A DNA stretch of 64,000 nucleotides. Origin: Azolla caroliniana. Its lineage: Eukaryota; Plantae; Polypodiophyta. Below the pieces are notes generated by a model. The model had not been told where the DNA came from, did no database searches, and saw nothing but the letters and a program-made list of their open reading frames with translations. Location of the stretch: the NCBI GenBank assembly GCA_043228905.1, contig JBHGNT010000003.1:13082001-13146000 (forward strand), given 5' to 3'. The translations under genes and the position numbers were made by a program. How positions within the stretch are numbered: position 1 is the stretch's first letter; each line of letters starts with the position of its first letter. Below, one piece after another: positions 1 through 13,777 of this stretch.

Positions 1-3000
1 TCTTTCTTTCTCTGAAGTGTAACAATGTATCTTTGTATCTTAACATGTCTTTCTTTCTCTGAAGTGTTTATAACAATTTGAAATTATGGTCTTGTAGAAT
101 GTTTGCCACTTGTCATAATGGTTGTTTTTTTGTTCTTAGCTAACTTAGCAAACTTTCTACTTCATTTATTTATCTCATTATCATGTATTTGAAATGTGCT
201 AATTGAGCTAATTGAATTTTATAGGAACACCATAAAATGGAATCATCATCTCAAACTAATGCTGCAATAGACTCATCTTCAATTAATGTTAGTTGTGGGC
301 CAACAAGGAGGTTAAGAAAAAGGCAATGCACATCATGGACAGATGCTCACATCATATTTTATATGGATAATGGCACACCTCGACGACGATGTCATCATTG
401 TCATGTTTGTTGGTCTTCTACAACATCCATAGGCACTATAGCCAAGCATTTAGTAGAAAAGCATCGTTTATCAGGTGACGCAAACCAAAATTCAGGTATA
501 TCACAGCACATTCAATCTTCAATTGAGTCTGCTAAAGTATCTCATGTTTTAGAGAAGAAAATTGATGGTGCCATCACGAAGTATATTGTGAAGGGAACAT
601 TGCCCCATGCACATGTGGAATCACCTGAATTTAAGGAGTTCATACAACAAATTGTACCTGGATATCAAGTAAAGACCAGACGAACGATTAAGCGTTCCAT
701 CCTAGAAATGTATGTGGTGTTGCGCCATCAGGTGATAGATTTGCTATCAATAGATTTTCCATAACTTTTGATGGTTGGTCAAATAGTAGTCTGAAGGGCT
801 TCTACTCAGTGACACTTTATTGGGCATGTCATGAGACAACAAGGTTGAGGTCAATGTTATTGGACTTTGTGAATGTATTTCCAGATGTTGGATTAGGGAA
901 ACGTTGTGCACATGCCCTCTTTGCTCGACTTTGATCCTTTGATATTTCTAGTCAAATCTTAGCTATAATTTTTGATGGAGCGAGTGATGCACAAGTGGCT
1001 GCAAAGGAGTTGAGCATGTTGTTACAAGATGCACATGGTAAGGAAATTTTGGCTTCCTCACGTATGTTAAGATGTATGGTACAAACTTTTCAGTTGGGTA
1101 TCAAGGCAGCATTAGAGGTTATCTCACCCTCAACAGAAAAGTTGAGAACAATGCTCCATACTATTAGATCTAGCAAGGTTCGAAGGGAAGTGTTTAGGAA
1201 GTATGCTAGGATGGTTGAACATCACGAAAGGGATCCCCCAAGGCTTGATGTGGTTACAAGATGGAAATCTACCTTGGAAATGTTTAGGCAAGCTATCAAG
1301 GATAGAGATTTATTGAACTTTACAATTTCAGATTTAACAATATCAAGTGATTTCAATGCTTATGTCTTGACCGGAGAAGACTAGAGTCACATACATGCCA
1401 TGGACGAATGGTTAGATACACCGACTGAGGTTTCTACTTTTTTGGGAGGGTCAAGATATCCCACATTATCACTAGCATCGCTAGCATATAATTGTTTACT
1501 AAATCATTGCAATCAATTTTTAGACTCTTCACGTCTAGGATCATCTAGATTCACACAAGAGGAGCTTCAAAGAGCGTCTGAGAACGCCTTACAATATTTA
1601 ATTAAGTATCAAGAATCGTTAAAGTCTATTCCATCTCGCATAGCAATGTTTCTTGACCGAGGTAATGCTTACCTTTATGTTGTACAATTTTCATCATGAT
1701 TTCTGATTTTTTATTTGAGTTAAAACCGTTTTATTTGTTTTATAGATTGCCTCTTCCAAATAATCATACAGAAAGAGAGTTAGATATTAAGTTAGTTGAA
1801 AGCATGATTGAGTCCCATTATCACTCGTTCTCGAGTGATGTCGAACCACCTTCGGCTTCAACCACAATACATGAAAATGATAAGAACTCTAAAATTTGGA
1901 GGTTAATGGGTGTAAATAATAAAAGCCTTGTTTCTAATTGACGGTCAGAAATTGAGTGCTTTATAAGACTTCCTTCGGCTGGCACAGACAAGGATCTTTT
2001 ACAATGGTGGAATGATAATAAATTTGCAATTCCTTCACTGTATAGGATGGCATGTGATTACCTCACTATACCAGCATCATCAATACCTGCTGAAGAGGCT
2101 AATGCAGCAGCAAAAACGACCTTTGATAACAGGATCAAACTACATTCATGCACTTTCAAAGCTGAAATGTGCATTCGATCATGGATGGATGTTTTAAAAG
2201 AATGTAATGTTTAGTTGATAGATAATTTTCACACCACTTATGCAGAACTAACAATGAATTTGGATTATCTTGTTGCTGAAGACGAGGTAATAGAAATTAC
2301 ATATTACATGATAGTAAGAGGAAAATTAAGGTGTGCATACTTGTTACTTGGTTGTTTTTTATTTGAGTCTTTACTTAAAATATTTTTATTAATAATTACT
2401 TACTTGATTTTATGTATTTTATATGTACAGGAATCATGTTGATTTTTGACAAGTTAATGACAATAGTGGTTGCAATTGGAGATCCTCAAAGTCATTGTAA
2501 TTTTTATTACATATTGTTTACTATTTTGTTTTTTATTCGATTCTTTAAATTTGTTATTACGAATTACTTAATTCTTTTGCGTATTTTATACTTTCTGGAA
2601 TCCCTTATTCAAATGTTGGAAACAAAAAGCTGGATTAAGTTTACATATATGGTCCTATGGATTTGGAACTCTATTATATAGATTGTTGTTCTTAAGTTAC
2701 ATATATGGATTGTTACATATATAGATTTGAAGTTTGAACTCTATTGTATGGATTATTGTTATCATTCCAAAAAACATTTATCTTTTTATGTTATATCTTA
2801 TCATTTTTCAGAAAATGTGTTGTAAATTTTTGTTATTTTATAGTGTTCTAGTCTTTGATTTGGTTCAATTTATAGTTTCATGTTGGTTGGATAGTTGGAT
2901 TATGTCAAAAACAATTTGGTTTGGTTTGGTTTTGATGTATGATAAATTGGTTTGGTTTTGTTTTCTGATAAACCGGTTCAGTTTGGTTCTAAATTTTACG

Positions 3001-3132
3001 TAAACAATTTGGTTTAAATGGCTTCAAAAAATTTAAATGGTTTGGTTTGGTTTTTATTATGAATAACCGGTTTGGTTTGGTTTCAAGGTCAAGAAACCGA
3101 ACTGAATCAAAACTGAATTGTGCCCATTGCTA
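1..3132 (+). mobile_element. hAT-superfamily DNA transposon, 3' part (5' end outside window)
   Basis: Contains a hAT transposase. Subterminal TTGGTTT/AAACCG repeats lie at ~2860-3115 and the end reads ...TGTGCCCATTGCTA (reverse complement starts TAG). Copia X sequence resumes at 3133. The TSD cannot be checked. Confidence 0.75.
237..2440 (+). pseudogene. Degenerate hAT transposase (BED zinc finger, catalytic region, C-terminal dimerisation domain)
   Basis: BED finger CHHC...HLVEKH; ITFDGWS-like motif ~760-780; DVVTRWKST; YPTLS. C-terminal LQWW...LYRMACDYLTIPASSIPAEE...CIRSW at ~2000-2190 read by eye. Frameshifts and stops are present. Likely GT-AG introns at ~1662-1745 and ~2287-2430. Confidence 0.85.
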
Positions 3133-3664
3133 GTCTCAACTCCTAATCACCTTCTTGTGGATTAGGTTCCATAGATGATAGCCGAATTCGTCGTTGCCGT
3201 AGTCGAGAAATATACATGGCCGAGTTTTTGGATCTACTTTTCCCCTTTGATACTTAGCTATATGCACATAGGCTAGGCAACCAAACACCCTTACATGCCG
3301 ATATGACACCTCTTTGCCGGACCATACCCTTTGTGGTATGTCACCTTCCAATGGGATTGAGGGAGACCTGTTTATTATATAAACGACTGTCATCAGCGCA
3401 TTGACCCAGTAAATCTTCAACAATTTAGCATGTGCCAACATACATCAGACTCTCTCCATGATAGTCCAGTTCATTCACTCGGCCATCCCATTCAGTTCCG
3501 ACGTCTTCGGCATTGTATACTCCAGCCGAATACCTTGAGATCAACAGTATTCTTCAAAATGCCCTCTATACTCTCCGCCATTCTCCGTTCGAACTACCTT
3601 CAATTTTCGACCGGTTTCTCTCTCGACTATCACTTGGAACTCCTTGAAACACTTAATACTTGGT
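3133..3664 (-). pseudogene. Copia X fragment 3: integrase core
   Basis: MLAHAKL..YWVNA..INRSPSIPL..VFGCLAYVH..DPKTRPCIFL is homologous to Copia G (45425+). Confidence 0.9.
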
Positions 3665-3700
3665 CCTCTGCCGCCTGCTTCACATCGGGTTCACCAAATA

Positions 3701-4347
3701 TATCGCGTTACTACGCGTGTGCGTGGAGAAACGAGGCGGGACCACCGGGGTCTTGAACCAAAGAGCAGGTGATAGAAGGGGAAAGAGAAAGAGAGAGACG
3801 ACCGGTCATGTATGAGCAAAGAAACACAGGGGCACGACCCGTCAACATAGAAGACGCGAATGGACACAGAGACAGGGAGACACAAGTGTTTGTATATTAA
3901 CGAATAACAAGTACACAGCAGAGCACGCGAGCGGTTACAACCGAACAGGCCGGCGAACAGATGCCGATGCCTGTTCGTCTGCGCACGAAAAGGGGATAGG
4001 ATGGAAGTGCTGCCGGAAGCACACGGGCGTTCCTCGAAGCAGCGCGAGCCTCCCGAAACCTGTAGAGAAGAGTAACAGAGAACAGATAGAGGAGAAGCGT
4101 TCGGTTACAGTCCGACAGCACTTCGTCCTCCTCAATGCGCGATCCATTCTCCCTACGTCTCCCTCTCCTTTATAGCGTCAAGAAGGGAGCCGTCTCCCTC
4201 ATTTACTTCCTACCTACCGAATCTAACTACCCGGATATGCCTTTGTACTTAATTCCCTATTACATACATTAAGGGCGCGCACACGTGAAGAGCCGGTTCA
4301 CGTGTGATGTGCACCAATTGCACCAAGGGACGGTTTTCTTCACAACA
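3701..4347 (-). repeat. 3' LTR of Gypsy A
   Basis: Direct repeat of 18822-19468 with roughly 30 substitutions by eye. Starts TGTTGTG on minus. Preceded by PPT GGTTAGGTGGGGGCGGA (4348-4364). Confidence 0.92.
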
Positions 4348-4364
4348 TCCGCCCCCACCTAACC

Positions 4365-7280
4365 GCGCATCCACCGGTATGCGCCAAAATTGGGTTCTGG
4401 TTGGAGAAAACTGGTCCGGGTTCCGTTTCTTCGTCCATCGGTTCGTCCTTCGTTTTAGATTGTTCTTCTTCGCTGTCCAGGCCTCTTAGATCCGGTTCGT
4501 CGTCGTGGCGTTTCTTGAACGCTTTGACCCGCTTCCCTGCTATAGGCATCGCCATCCTCGTACCGTCGAGTTCCGCCAGGTGATACATCCCGTTGTCGTT
4601 GGCGCTCGTTACCACGTAAGGCCCGAATCACCACTACGCAAACTTCCGTGTTGCTCGGTGCTGGTTGTCGAGGCTATTGTCGTAGACTAGCACCCAGTCG
4701 CCTTCCTCGATTTTCTTTGGTCGGAGCCGGTGCGTCCGGTCGAACCAGGCTTCGTTCTTCATCCTCGCCGCCCGAAGTCTCTCCGCCGCTCGTTCCATGT
4801 CCTTTGGCCTCCGCTCGAGCTGCCGTATACACGCCGCTAGCAGTTCCTCCCGACTCAATTCGTCACTCTAGTCTACTGTCGCCCAAGAGGAGATCGTCCG
4901 TTCCATCGGCATGATCAGCTTCTGTCCGAACATGAGCTCTGACGGCATGAACCCGGTTACCGAACTGTGCGTTGTCCGGTCTTCCCACAAGGCATAGGGT
5001 AATAGTCGTGGCCAGTTCCCGACTTGTCCTTCGCACGCCCGGACTTGCGCTTTGACGATTGGTCCACAATGCGTCCGACATCATTGTCCTTAAGAATCCC
5101 CCAATCTGCAGCCACTCCCCGTCGTACTTGCTCTCGTTGAAATTGTTAAGCGCCGGAGTGCTTCCCCCCTCGGTTGTTACGTAAGCCGCCTCGAAGAAGT
5201 CTACGCCAACTTCCTCGTCCTCCAAAACCATGACGCCCTCGTCGTCGAATCGCGCCCTCGAAAGCATGTCGGCCATGGCATTGTCTTTCCCGGAAATGTG
5301 TCATATTTCCGGATCCAGGGACTTGATGTACGCTATCCACCTGAGCATTGCCAGGTCCGGGGTTGCGCATCCGGAAACCATGCCGAGAATCGGCAGGCAG
5401 TCTGTCTCGATAATCACCTCTATCCCAATCAGATAGTCTTTATCGGCCTTCACCGCCGAAACGATACCCCAGAGTTCGCGTTTAACCTGGGCGTATCCTC
5501 GTTGTCGCTCGCTGAGGACCTTCGCGTTGAACCGGATTGGGAACCGAATGCCGTCCTCATCTTCTTGGTTGACGACCCATCCGATCCCGGTCGGACTCGT
5601 ATCTATTGTTATGTAGATGGGAGTGCCTTTCTCGTAGACAGCCTTCCGGAGTGCCGGAGCTGCAGCAAGAGCCTCCTTCATCTTTCGGACCGACTCTGCA
5701 TACTCGTCTCGCCACTCGAATTTTCGCCCCTTTTTCAGCAACCCGTATAGCGTCTTGGCAACGTGGGCATAATGCGGGATCCATATGTGGTAGAACGCGC
5801 ATGCTCCCAAGAACCTCTGTACCTCCGTGACCGAGTTACAGTCGGGCTTCATAGCGGAGTTGGCTTCCACCTTAGCCGGAGACGGTTTCCGGCCATACGC
5901 TCCGCATAGATGTCCGACGACCATGATCTCTGATTGCCCGAAGGCCAATTTCTCCCCGGAGAAGGTGAGCCTCGCGTCCTCTAGCCTCTGCAGCACCCTC
6001 TCGCAGTCGTCAATGTGTGTCGCCACGAATTTCCAGCATCCGTCCGGTCCGATCGTTTCGTCCTTTTCCTCCACCGGACATCCCTTGATCGGGATGTCAT
6101 CCAAGAATGGCATGGTGATGTCCGGGATACAATCCCTCAGCACCTTGTTCATCGCATTCACCATGTGGGCCACCGAGTTCGTCCCTCCTTGTGGCAGGGT
6201 ACACATCCGCACTAAGCCGAGAGGAGTCCACATCGTCGTAATGTCTCTGCTCTCTACGGCTAGTTGGAACTGATCGTACCCCGATTACAGATCACCGACC
6301 GAGTAGATCGACCTTCCGGCGAAGGCCTCCGCGAACTCTTCTATCGTTGGTCCGATTCCTGCGTTCCGAATGGTCACTCTGTTGGCCGGTTGCAGGTCTT
6401 GAATGAAGCGCAACGTCCCGTTCTTCTTCGGTACGGTAAACCACCGGTTCGAGTACGGGGCACTCGACGGTTCGAGGATGCCCATATCGACTTTCTGCCT
6501 CAATAGCTCCATCAGCTCCGGGATGTGAGCTCTCGGTACTGAAATTGGTTTGAGATTCCACGGCACATGCGGTACCGTGAATATCACCATCGGCTTCATG
6601 ACTGCCGGGTCTACGCACCCGATCTCTCCCGGCGAGAATGCGAAGGCTTTCCCGTGCCTTCCGAGCATTCTCCGAAACCGATCTTCTTCCGCCGGCAGTA
6701 GGAACCCGCCCCCACCGATTTTGAGCTCCCGTAGCGTTCTGTCAGTGAAGGCGTGCCCTATGCAGGCTGGATCTCGTAAACTGAGGTCCGACGCGACCCC
6801 CTTGATTCGTAACTCGCTGCCCTCCGGTAAGGGTGCCGTGACTGGCCTCACCTTCCGGTCCACAGTCTTGTACTTCGTGTTAACCCGAGCCGTCCTATCC
6901 GACTCGAGCCCTCGACTGAAGTCCGCGATGACTTTGTACATCTCTTCGGAACAAACCGGTATCGTCCGGTCCTCTTTAAGGCCCTCTTCGACCATCCCTC
7001 GCAGTATTCCCAAGGTATCGTCGAAGGAGACCGCCTCCATGGCTCCGTTGATTTCCTCGCTGGGCCCGAGAACGCCGCACGCCCGAAGTCGCTCTTCCGC
7101 CTTTGTCTTTTCTCGGCCTACGACGCCGACTATCGTACACCCTCCGTTGTCGGAGAAACAAAACTTTCTACTTATGGTACAAGGTTTCTTTGGTTTCGCT
7201 TCTATCGTACATTTGTGGGGTTTTCCCGGAGTGTCCGGACTATCGCGGCCCCACACCTTGGCAGCCCTCTCTAAAAATCC
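4365..7280 (-). pseudogene. Gypsy A pol: RT (PFLDD), RNase H, remnant integrase
   Basis: FTVPKKNGTLRFIQDLQPAN; LPQGGTNS; MPFLDDIPIKG; DTSPTGIGW; KRELWGIV; ETDCLP. Frameshift near 6285. IN C-terminus GDWVLVYD..W(F)GPYVV. Confidence 0.9.
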
Positions 7281-7774
7281 TCTCGGTTCTCGCCACCGAG
7301 GGACTCGCGGTTTCGTTCGTGGTTGGGTCGCACCGTCAGGAACTGGACCGAATGACGCCCGTCCTGACTCTTGACCCTCGCGTAAGCCGACCCGTTGTCC
7401 AGCACCTTGGTCTCCATTCGTGCTGTCGTAATGTACGGTTCCCCTAGTATGACCGGGTGCGAGGACGTTTCCTGCACAAAGAAGTGTTGGTCTATCTCGA
7501 CGTCGCCGATCTTGACTCACACGTTTGGGCAGGCCCCGTGTAGTTCCTCGGTGGCGCGCATCGCCGCCCGTATCTTCCACCCGTGCTTAGTGTTGATCGG
7601 CCATTTCCCCTTCTTGTAGAAGTCCATGGACATCAAGTTTATTTCCGAACCATGGTCCACCAGTGCCACCACCGGTTCCTGAACATCTCTGATCTTCACC
7701 GGGGTTTCCATGGTCACTCGGGCCCAGTGTGGCCTCGAATAGTGGCTCTCCGCCCACTCGTCTTCCAGCGCCAT
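7271..7774 (-). pseudogene. Gypsy A aspartic protease (end of gag-pro frame)
   Basis: ALVDHGSEINLM motif. In frame with gag 18804-17150 once B and one TSD are removed. Internal TGA at 7517. Confidence 0.85.
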
Positions 7775-8231
7775 TGCTACCCGGACCCGGACAGTCAGTT
7801 TTACCGAACAAGTGGGAAAGCGTCGAAAATAGAGTCGGTTCGGATCGACTGTTCGGATCAATGACTCAGCAGTAAACGAAGAGAACTAAGTTAGTTAGAT
7901 AATTTTGTAAATCTTGATAGTAAGTAGGAATAGTTCTTGATGAGAAAAGACCTTCGGTATACCTATAAAAGGGAACCGAAGGCATTGTAAGAAAGGTCGT
8001 TTTATTTAGTAATATAAGTTTAAGTTAGGAATATCTTGTACGGATTCTGTGTTCCTTCTATTGTCTATGATCTTAAGTGCAAGCTTCCTAATTTATAACT
8101 AAGTAACGATCACGGTAATTACCGATTAATATAGCATAATTCCGTTCGTAAAACACAATTCCTTGTTAGAACGTTGAGTAGCGACGTTCACTCTTCTGTA
8201 TCGGTAGTAGTTAGTAATTAGCCGATTAACA
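7775..8231 (+). repeat. 5' LTR of Gypsy B
   Basis: Near-identical to 16693-17149. TATA-like CTATAAAAG at ~7973. Confidence 0.96.
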
Positions 8232-8242
8232 CAGAAGAATTT

Positions 8243-8255
8243 TGGCACGCCCGGT
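8243..8255 (+). promoter_or_regulatory. Primer-binding site of B, probably tRNA-Arg
   Basis: TGGCACGCCCGGT, 11 nt after the LTR. Matches the longer TGGCAC..GTGGGAC sites at 26513 and 37676. Confidence 0.75.
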
Positions 8256-8290
8256 TACATCTGCAATTAAGCAGAGAACAATTCGAATGG

Positions 8291-10551
8291 ATGTCGTATG
8301 AAGAGGAGGCACCGGTCAGTTGTAAGCGCCCTCGTACAAGGTCAGTTATGAAGGTAGTGCAGCAAGCGTTCATTGCGCAAGAACAGCCGGAATCAAGTAC
8401 AAAGTGGTCGAAACTTCCTGACTTATCCGATCAATTACCTTCAGACGAAAAACAGACGGAAGAGGTATCGTTTTACGACATTTGGGACGATATGCCTTAT
8501 ACTTATTCTAAGTTCCGAGAAGGAACAGATGCGGAAGCACATGTTAGGGATTTCTTAACGACATGGGAGATTAACCATGGAGCTCAGCGATTGTCGGCAG
8601 ATGCCGAAGATAAGTCAAAAATCGTTGAGTTCGTCTTATCATTAGACGGATATTCCGCTAATTGGTTTGCGCAGAACGGTCTTCAAGGATTTCCATCCTT
8701 TGAAGTGTTAACTAGTAAATTTTTACAATTATTTCATCAACAAATTCCGCAGAAGGATTTGATTGCGCAATTTTATGCGTTATATCAAGAAAAAATGAAA
8801 CAGTATCTCAGTTTGTGATACGATTTCAGAACTTACAGCTTCAGATTTCAAGGCCGATTCCGGATAAGGAATTAAAAGAAGTCTTTCTAGAAGCTGTAAA
8901 AGAACCATTAAGGACGACATTGAAAGTGTTCGATTTTCGAAATCAGACTATCGAACAAGTCATTGATAAAGCAATAGAAATGGGTCGACCACCGGTCAAT
9001 GTTCAGAGTATGGACATGTCGGCATTACACCGTACATTACCAACAATGGAGGAGTTACAATTTCGACAAGCAGTTCAATGCACCACTTGTTTAAATACGG
9101 GGCATTCGGCAATTGACTGTACGTTAAGAACACATTGTACAATATGTCATTCAAAATTACATTCCGTAGAACAATGTGAATATAATCTGCTTAATAAGAC
9201 TACGGCGTCAGTATGACAAATTTTTGCTGACAATGGTTACCAAAATAACACTAATCTGTTCCATGGTTATCAAAATAATAATTTTTCACAAAATCTGCAA
9301 AATGTACAACAGAATCCGGTTCTACAGCCAAATCAGATCTTTTCACAACAAAATATGCAACCCACTCAAGTGACTCAAGCATTTCAACCAGGTTTTGCTC
9401 AATCCAACCCACCATTCGTACAGAATCCGAATCAATATTTTCAACAAAATAATCAAAATTTCCAACAAGGTAACCCACCATTTCAAGGGTTTCAACAGAA
9501 CTGTCCTAATGTGCAACCGAATTCTACATTTCAACCAAATCCGGCATTTCAACCGAGTAATATGACTTTTCAACATAATACTCAAACCGTTCCACAAAAT
9601 AATCAAATGTTTCAACAGAGTAATTTTCCGCCAAATCAGGAGTTCGGGATACCACACAATATAGCACAACCAAATGATAATACTGAACAATTTAGGCAGA
9701 ATCGGTATAAAAACAAGAGATTTTATAAACCAAAAGCTACACGTCAATACCAACAAAACCCGAATGGTAATGAAGAGCAACAATTTAATAACGGGCAATT
9801 TGCACATGGAGAGGCCAGTGCAACATTTGTGCCCACTTGTTACATTTGTCGACAACTAGGCCATTATGCTAATCAATGTCCGGTTAAAGGAAAGGGTCCA
9901 GCAGTTAATATGGTAATACCGGAAGTTCAGCAAGTAACGACACGCAGCAAAAGCAAACAATCAGAGTGGGAAATTCAGGAAGAAGTTCGAAAGGCGGCAA
10001 AAGAATGGGTGGATGAAGCAAATCAAAGTAATGTGAATCGAATGTTACAAGACAATAACATTGACCAGGACATCGCTGTACAACAGTCATTGGGGAATAA
10101 GGAACAGGAAGAAACTTGGAAACTGTTGGCTGATTGCCAAGTGTCATTGCCACTTACGGGCTTACTTAAGTTAGTACCAAGGTTTACAGAAAAAGTGGCA
10201 GCATTAATTGCATATAAAGGTTCCGAACAAATAGCAGTACACTACAATCAGCCAAGTAATAACCCTTCGATCATGGATGAACAGAATGCGTCGATTAAGG
10301 TAATACTTTACGGGCAAGAAATCGGAAATGTGATTATAGATGGAGGCTCGGGTGTTAATGTGATTAACAAAACTACATGTGAAAAACTGGGAATCACGGA
10401 ATGGGAAGCATGTCCGTTTTGGTTACGAATGGCAGATACAAGTACGGTACGACCGATTGGGTTGCTTCGACAACTGGATGTAATAATCGGGGGACACAGT
10501 TTTCAGATTTCGGCAGTAATTTTGCAGTTAGAAACGTAGGGAGCATACCCC
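8291..10551 (+). pseudogene. Gypsy B gag and protease (one frameshift near 8790, stops at 9214 and 10537)
   Basis: Gag core; CX2CX4HX4C knuckles (CTTCLNTGHSAIDC, CTICHSKLHSVEQC, CYICRQLGHYANQC); protease IIDGGSGVNV. Confidence 0.9.
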
Positions 10552-13500
10552 TTGTTATTGGGGAGACCATGGTTAAAGACAGCTAATATTAAACAAAATT
10601 GGAAACAAAATGTGCTAACATTTAGGAAAGGAAAAAATAAGGTCAGGATTCTGACGCACAACAAAGTGACAACAAGCAAACAGAGTTTACCTGTACATGC
10701 AGAAGCAGTTAATATGATGGAAGGATTGGACGAGGAAGAAGAAAGTCAGTATTTTGATGATAATCAAAAAATCATCCCTCTATTTGAGGTAGATATTTTG
10801 CAAGCATTAACACCATATGTAGACTCACACGAAGAAGTGCCAATCGATGAGCAAACAATGAAAGAAATACGAATGCAACAAGAAGCTACAGATAAGGAAA
10901 TGAAGGTATCTCAGAGAGTGCAAGCCTCAACATTGGAGGAGATCGATTTGGCAGGAGTAGAGGATGCTGAAAGAAAAACAGTCTTGATTGCTAGAGATTT
11001 GACGGTAAATGACAAACGGACATTAACAACATTACTATTACAATATAAAGATGTTTTTGCATGGTCGTTTGACGATATGAAAGGTCTGGATCCCGCTTTT
11101 TGTCAACATCAAATCAATTTGCATAAAGAAGCAAAGCCAGTACAACAACGCAGGTACAGGTTGAATCCGAATTATGCTATCAAAGTAAAAGAAGAAATCG
11201 ATAAACTCTTAAAAGTAGGATTTATTCGACCCGTCAAAAAATCAACATGGCTGAGTCCGATAGTAGTAGTCCCGAAAAAGAATGGGAAAATTCGCGTATG
11301 TGTGGATTACAGAAAATTGAATGCAGCGACAATTACGGATGCGTTTCCATTGCCATTCACAGATGGGATATTAGATGCAGTAGCGGGACATGAAATTTAT
11401 AGTTTCTTGGATGGGTTCAGTGGGTACAACCAAGTACGGATGAATCCGGAAGATCAGGAAAAGACAGCTTTCGTCACAGAATGGGGTGTCTTTGTGGCAG
11501 TAGTCATGATGTTCGGTTTAAAAACAGCTCCAGCTACATTTCAGCGGGTAATACAGGAAATATTCGGGGAATATATTCCAGTTTTCATGCAGGTGTTTTT
11601 AGATGATTTTGCAGTATATAGTCGAAAAGCTGATCATTTTGAGCATTTACGGCTATGTTTAGAAAAATGTCGAAAAGGGCGTCTTAGTTTAAATCCAGCC
11701 AAATGCGCATTCGGAGTAATGAGTGGTACATTACTTGGGCATATTGTCAGTCAAGAAGGGATTGCAGTGGACCCAGACAAAGTTAAAGCAATTATTGAGG
11801 CAACACCACCAACAAATGCTAAAGCTCTAAGTAGATTTTTGGGTCAAATTCGGTGGCACAGTCGAATGATGAGATATCTAGCAGACATTGCTATTCCGTT
11901 ACACACAACAGTACACAAAGTTCCTTTTATATGGACAAGTATAGAACAAGATGCATACGAATGTCTTAAGAAGATGCTGACGAAGGTTCCGGTAGTTCAA
12001 CCACCGGACTGGAACAAACCATTTCATGTTTTCGTCGATGCGTCGGACATTGCCATAGGCAGTGCTTTAATGCAATTATCCGAACCAAACTGGTATAGGC
12101 CGGTATACTATGCCAGTAGGAAACTTTCGTCGGCCGAAAGAAACTATTCAACAACCGAAAGAGAAGCTTTGGGAATGATATATAGTGTGAACAAATTTCG
12201 ACATTACCTTTTGGGTAAGAAATTTACATTTCATGTGGATCATTCGGCTTTACTGTATCTAGTTTCCAAACAAGAATTGACAGGCAAGTTAGCCCGATGG
12301 ACGTTATTGCTTCAAGAGTTTGAATTCGACATTATACATCGACCAGGAGCACAACACGCGATTGCTGACTATCTCAGTCGGCTTGAGTCTGGAGAAGAAG
12401 CGGTTGGGGTTAAAGATGATTTTCCAGATACTCAATTATTTCGGGTTGAGGCAGTAAAAGCACATGAAGTGAATGAGGAAAAAGAGGATGAATGGATTTC
12501 CGAAATGACGATATTTCTATCAACAGGAATTCCGGCCGAACACATGTCGACAGATGAAAGAAAAAGAATTGCAGTACGAAGTTGGAATTTTTGTTTATTT
12601 AATGACATGTTGTATCATAAAGGAGCGGATGGAATATGGCGAAGGGCAGTACGAAAATTTGAAAAATCAGCCATATTAACAGAGTCACATTGTGGAATTG
12701 CTGGCGGTCATTACGCAGGAGAAGCAACAGCCAGAAAAATATGGAATAGCGGGTTATGGTGGCCAACGGTGATGAAAGATGCTAACGAATACTGTAAGAA
12801 ATGTGATTTGTGTCAAAGAATGGGGCAACCAACCGAAAAGGATCGAATGCCTTTTCAACCGGTTTTACCTCTTGAGCCATTTCAGAAATGGGGCTTAGAT
12901 TTTGTTGGCCCATTCAAACCAGCAGCTGCAAGAACCGGTAATCGATATATCATAGTTGCGACTGACTATTGCACAAAATGGGTTGAAGCAAAAGCTCTCA
13001 GGGACAATACAGCAGCATCCACAGCAAAATTCCTGTATGAGAATATATGGTGTCGATTCGGTTGCCCAATAGAATTGGTAAGCGATCAAGGCACTCATTT
13101 TATTAACAAGTTAATTAACGAATTAACCAATTACTATGCCGTAGTTCATAAGAAAAGTACGCCTTACTATCCCCAAGCTAATGGATTGGCAGAATCGACA
13201 AATAAAACAATTCAAACAATTTTAAAGAAGATAGTGAATGAAAATCGTACTGATTGGGATCAAAAGTTAAATAGTGCATTATGGGCATATCGTACTTCGT
13301 ACAAAACATCCATAAAATCAACACCTTTCCGAATGGCATTCGGACTCGAAGCCGTTATGCCGATCGAATTTCAAATTCCGACACTTCGTATCCAAGCAAC
13401 GAATAAGTTAAATGAAATAGAATCGGAGCAGATACGCAAAGAGGCTTTATTAGTATTAGAAGAAGAACGGATTCAATCAATGTCAGCACTAGAACATAAG

Positions 13501-13777
13501 CAGAGACAAATCAAGGCATTCGTAAATCGACATCGAAGGAAATCGGAAGAGCAATTCGAAATTGGGAAACCGGTATTGGTATTCCAGACGAGAATGGGAC
13601 TTATGCCTGGGAAACTCCGGTATAGATGGACAGGTCCAGTATGGATAATTAATAGTAAAAATGGTACGTACCAACTGGGATCATTAACCGGAGAGGTTTT
13701 ACCGAAATGGGTAAATGGATTTCGGCTTAAACCGTATTTGGGAGATATGCCGGTAAATCCGTTTATTCAAACGGAAG

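Noticed and set aside
2412-3003. Hydrophobic small ORFs
   Set aside because: AT-rich hAT 3' and subterminal sequence; a compositional artefact.
6550-7374. 274-aa plus-strand ORF and similar antisense ORFs over E, F, G and H
   Set aside because: Shadow frames opposite GC-rich pol or gag coding sequence.
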